From a virus (lineage: Duplodnaviria > Caudoviricetes): a stretch of 56,466 bases of DNA. The DNA lies in the IMG/VR virus record IMGVR_UViG_3300027728_000001, positions 1 through 56,466 of that record; one strand, 5' to 3'. The notes under the pieces are model-generated. The model was not told the origin of the DNA and ran no database searches. It worked only from the letters and a program-made list of their open reading frames with translations. Made by a program: the position numbers and the translations under genes. Below, piece by piece: positions 55,547-56,466 of this stretch (the stretch's first letter is position 1; the number at the start of each line of letters is the position of its first letter).

Positions 55547-56466
55547 GATGTCGGGAATGCGGCGGTGGGGACGGTGATCGTCGCGCCGGTGTATCCGCGT
55601 GCCGATCCAACGGTGACGCGGAAGTCGTCGATGTAGCCGTTTAAGTCATAGCCGTCAAACAGCCGGCCTATGAATGGAGCAGAAGAGGATGCGTAATTAG
55701 TGGGGTCAGAGTAAGTAGACCCGACCTGCGTGCCGTCCACATACATACGAGTTCCGCCAGACGCTCTCGCAACGGCAACGTGATACCACTGGCCGGTGCT
55801 TAGCGCACTGCCTGTGATCCGAAAACCAGCGTTTGTGAACCACGCAATACTGCTGCCGCTTAGAATTAGCGTTGGCTGCGCGCCTTGTGAGTTAGGGCGT
55901 GCGTCGTAGATGCCGGTATACGAACCACCAACGGAATTGAGATACAGCCAACACTCAATGACAAAGTCGCCAGTGCCGAGGGCAATAGACGGAATCGAGA
56001 GTGAGTCCCCTGACCCACCGAATGCCGCAGACTTCCCGCCAAACTTGCTCTGCGTTGCCGACTGCGTTGCGCCGCCATTTGCCGTGATAGTCTTGGGCAC
56101 CGACGACGCATCGACGAACGTGTTGCCCGTGCCATCGAATGGCAGCAACAGAGCCACACTGGCGAAGTACGGGTCGGGCGTCACGGCCACCGGCGTCACC
56201 GCAGCACTCGCCGTCGAAAACGCCCCGGTGCCGATCCCGTTGACGCCTGCCACGCGGAATGTGTACGCCGTGCCGTTGGTGAGCCCGGTCACTGTCGCCG
56301 TCGCAGCCGTCGACGTGCCGTCGCTGAACGTCGTCCAGCTGCTGCCAGAGTCGCTAGAGAACTGCAACACGTAATCAGTCAGCGGCGGCACCACTATCGC
56401 CGGTGCAGTCCAAGATACGACTGCCTGAGCGTTGCCTGCCGTGGCAGTGACGCCCGTGGGGGCGGC
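55543..56466 (-). CDS. Tail fibre C-terminal part: fibronectin type III plus LamG/ConA-like lectin domain
   Basis: APTGVTATAGNAQAVVSW..GLTNGTAYTFRVAGVNGIG (FN3); GDFVIECW..WYHVAVAR..MYVDG..GYIDDFRVT (LamG). Confidence 0.85.
   Translation of the reverse strand, partial: AAPTGVTATAGNAQAVVSWTAPAIVVPPLTDYVLQFSSDSGSSWTTFSDGTSTAATATVTGLTNGTAYTFRVAGVNGIGTGAFSTASAAVTPVAVTPDPYFASVALLLPFDGTGNTFVDASSVPKTITANGGATQSATQSKFGGKSAAFGGSGDSLSIPSIALGTGDFVIECWLYLNSVGGSYTGIYDARPNSQGAQPTLILSGSSIAWFTNAGFRITGSALSTGQWYHVAVARASGGTRMYVDGTQVGSTYSDPTNYASSSAPFIGRLFDGYDLNGYIDDFRVTVGSARGYTGATITVPTAAFPTS
56376..56466. repeat. 91-bp direct terminal repeat, copy 2
   Basis: Identical to 1-91. Confidence 0.97.

Noticed and set aside
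56376-56466. Biological terminal repeat
   Set aside because: It falls in the middle of an in-frame CDS, so an assembler circular overlap is the better explanation.

Overview
The window looks like a complete, circularly permuted phage genome of about 56,375 bp. Bases 1-91 are repeated exactly at 56376-56466, and one tail-fibre ORF reads in frame through that junction. It is podovirus-like: terminase, portal, scaffold, major capsid, head-tail adaptor and nozzle-like proteins, fibres and large internal virion proteins, with no tape measure or sheath. It is probably temperate (tyrosine integrase beside a tRNA-Arg fragment, plus a serine recombinase). A Planctomycetota host is my inference from gene style only. 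Layout: minus-strand virion genes (16.3 kb to 1, continuing 56.4 to 38.2 kb); a plus-strand cluster of small early genes (17.9-23.7 kb); and a minus-strand operon (37.0 to 23.5 kb) with RecE/ERF/SSB/helicase, nucleases, a two-protease membrane cassette and a sigma factor. No DNA polymerase, primase, initiator or glycan-hydrolase endolysin was recognised. Most notable: (1) an SF2 helicase interrupted by a 17-nt ATG-to-ATG hairpin insert that resembles a translational bypass element; (2) a promoter plus the 5' end of tRNA-Arg as a candidate attP that would swap promoters on integration; (3) a putative lysis cassette with subtilisin and papain proteases; (4) two structured non-coding RNA candidates; (5) a candidate phage late-promoter motif. 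All family calls are by-eye motif recognition, not database searches.
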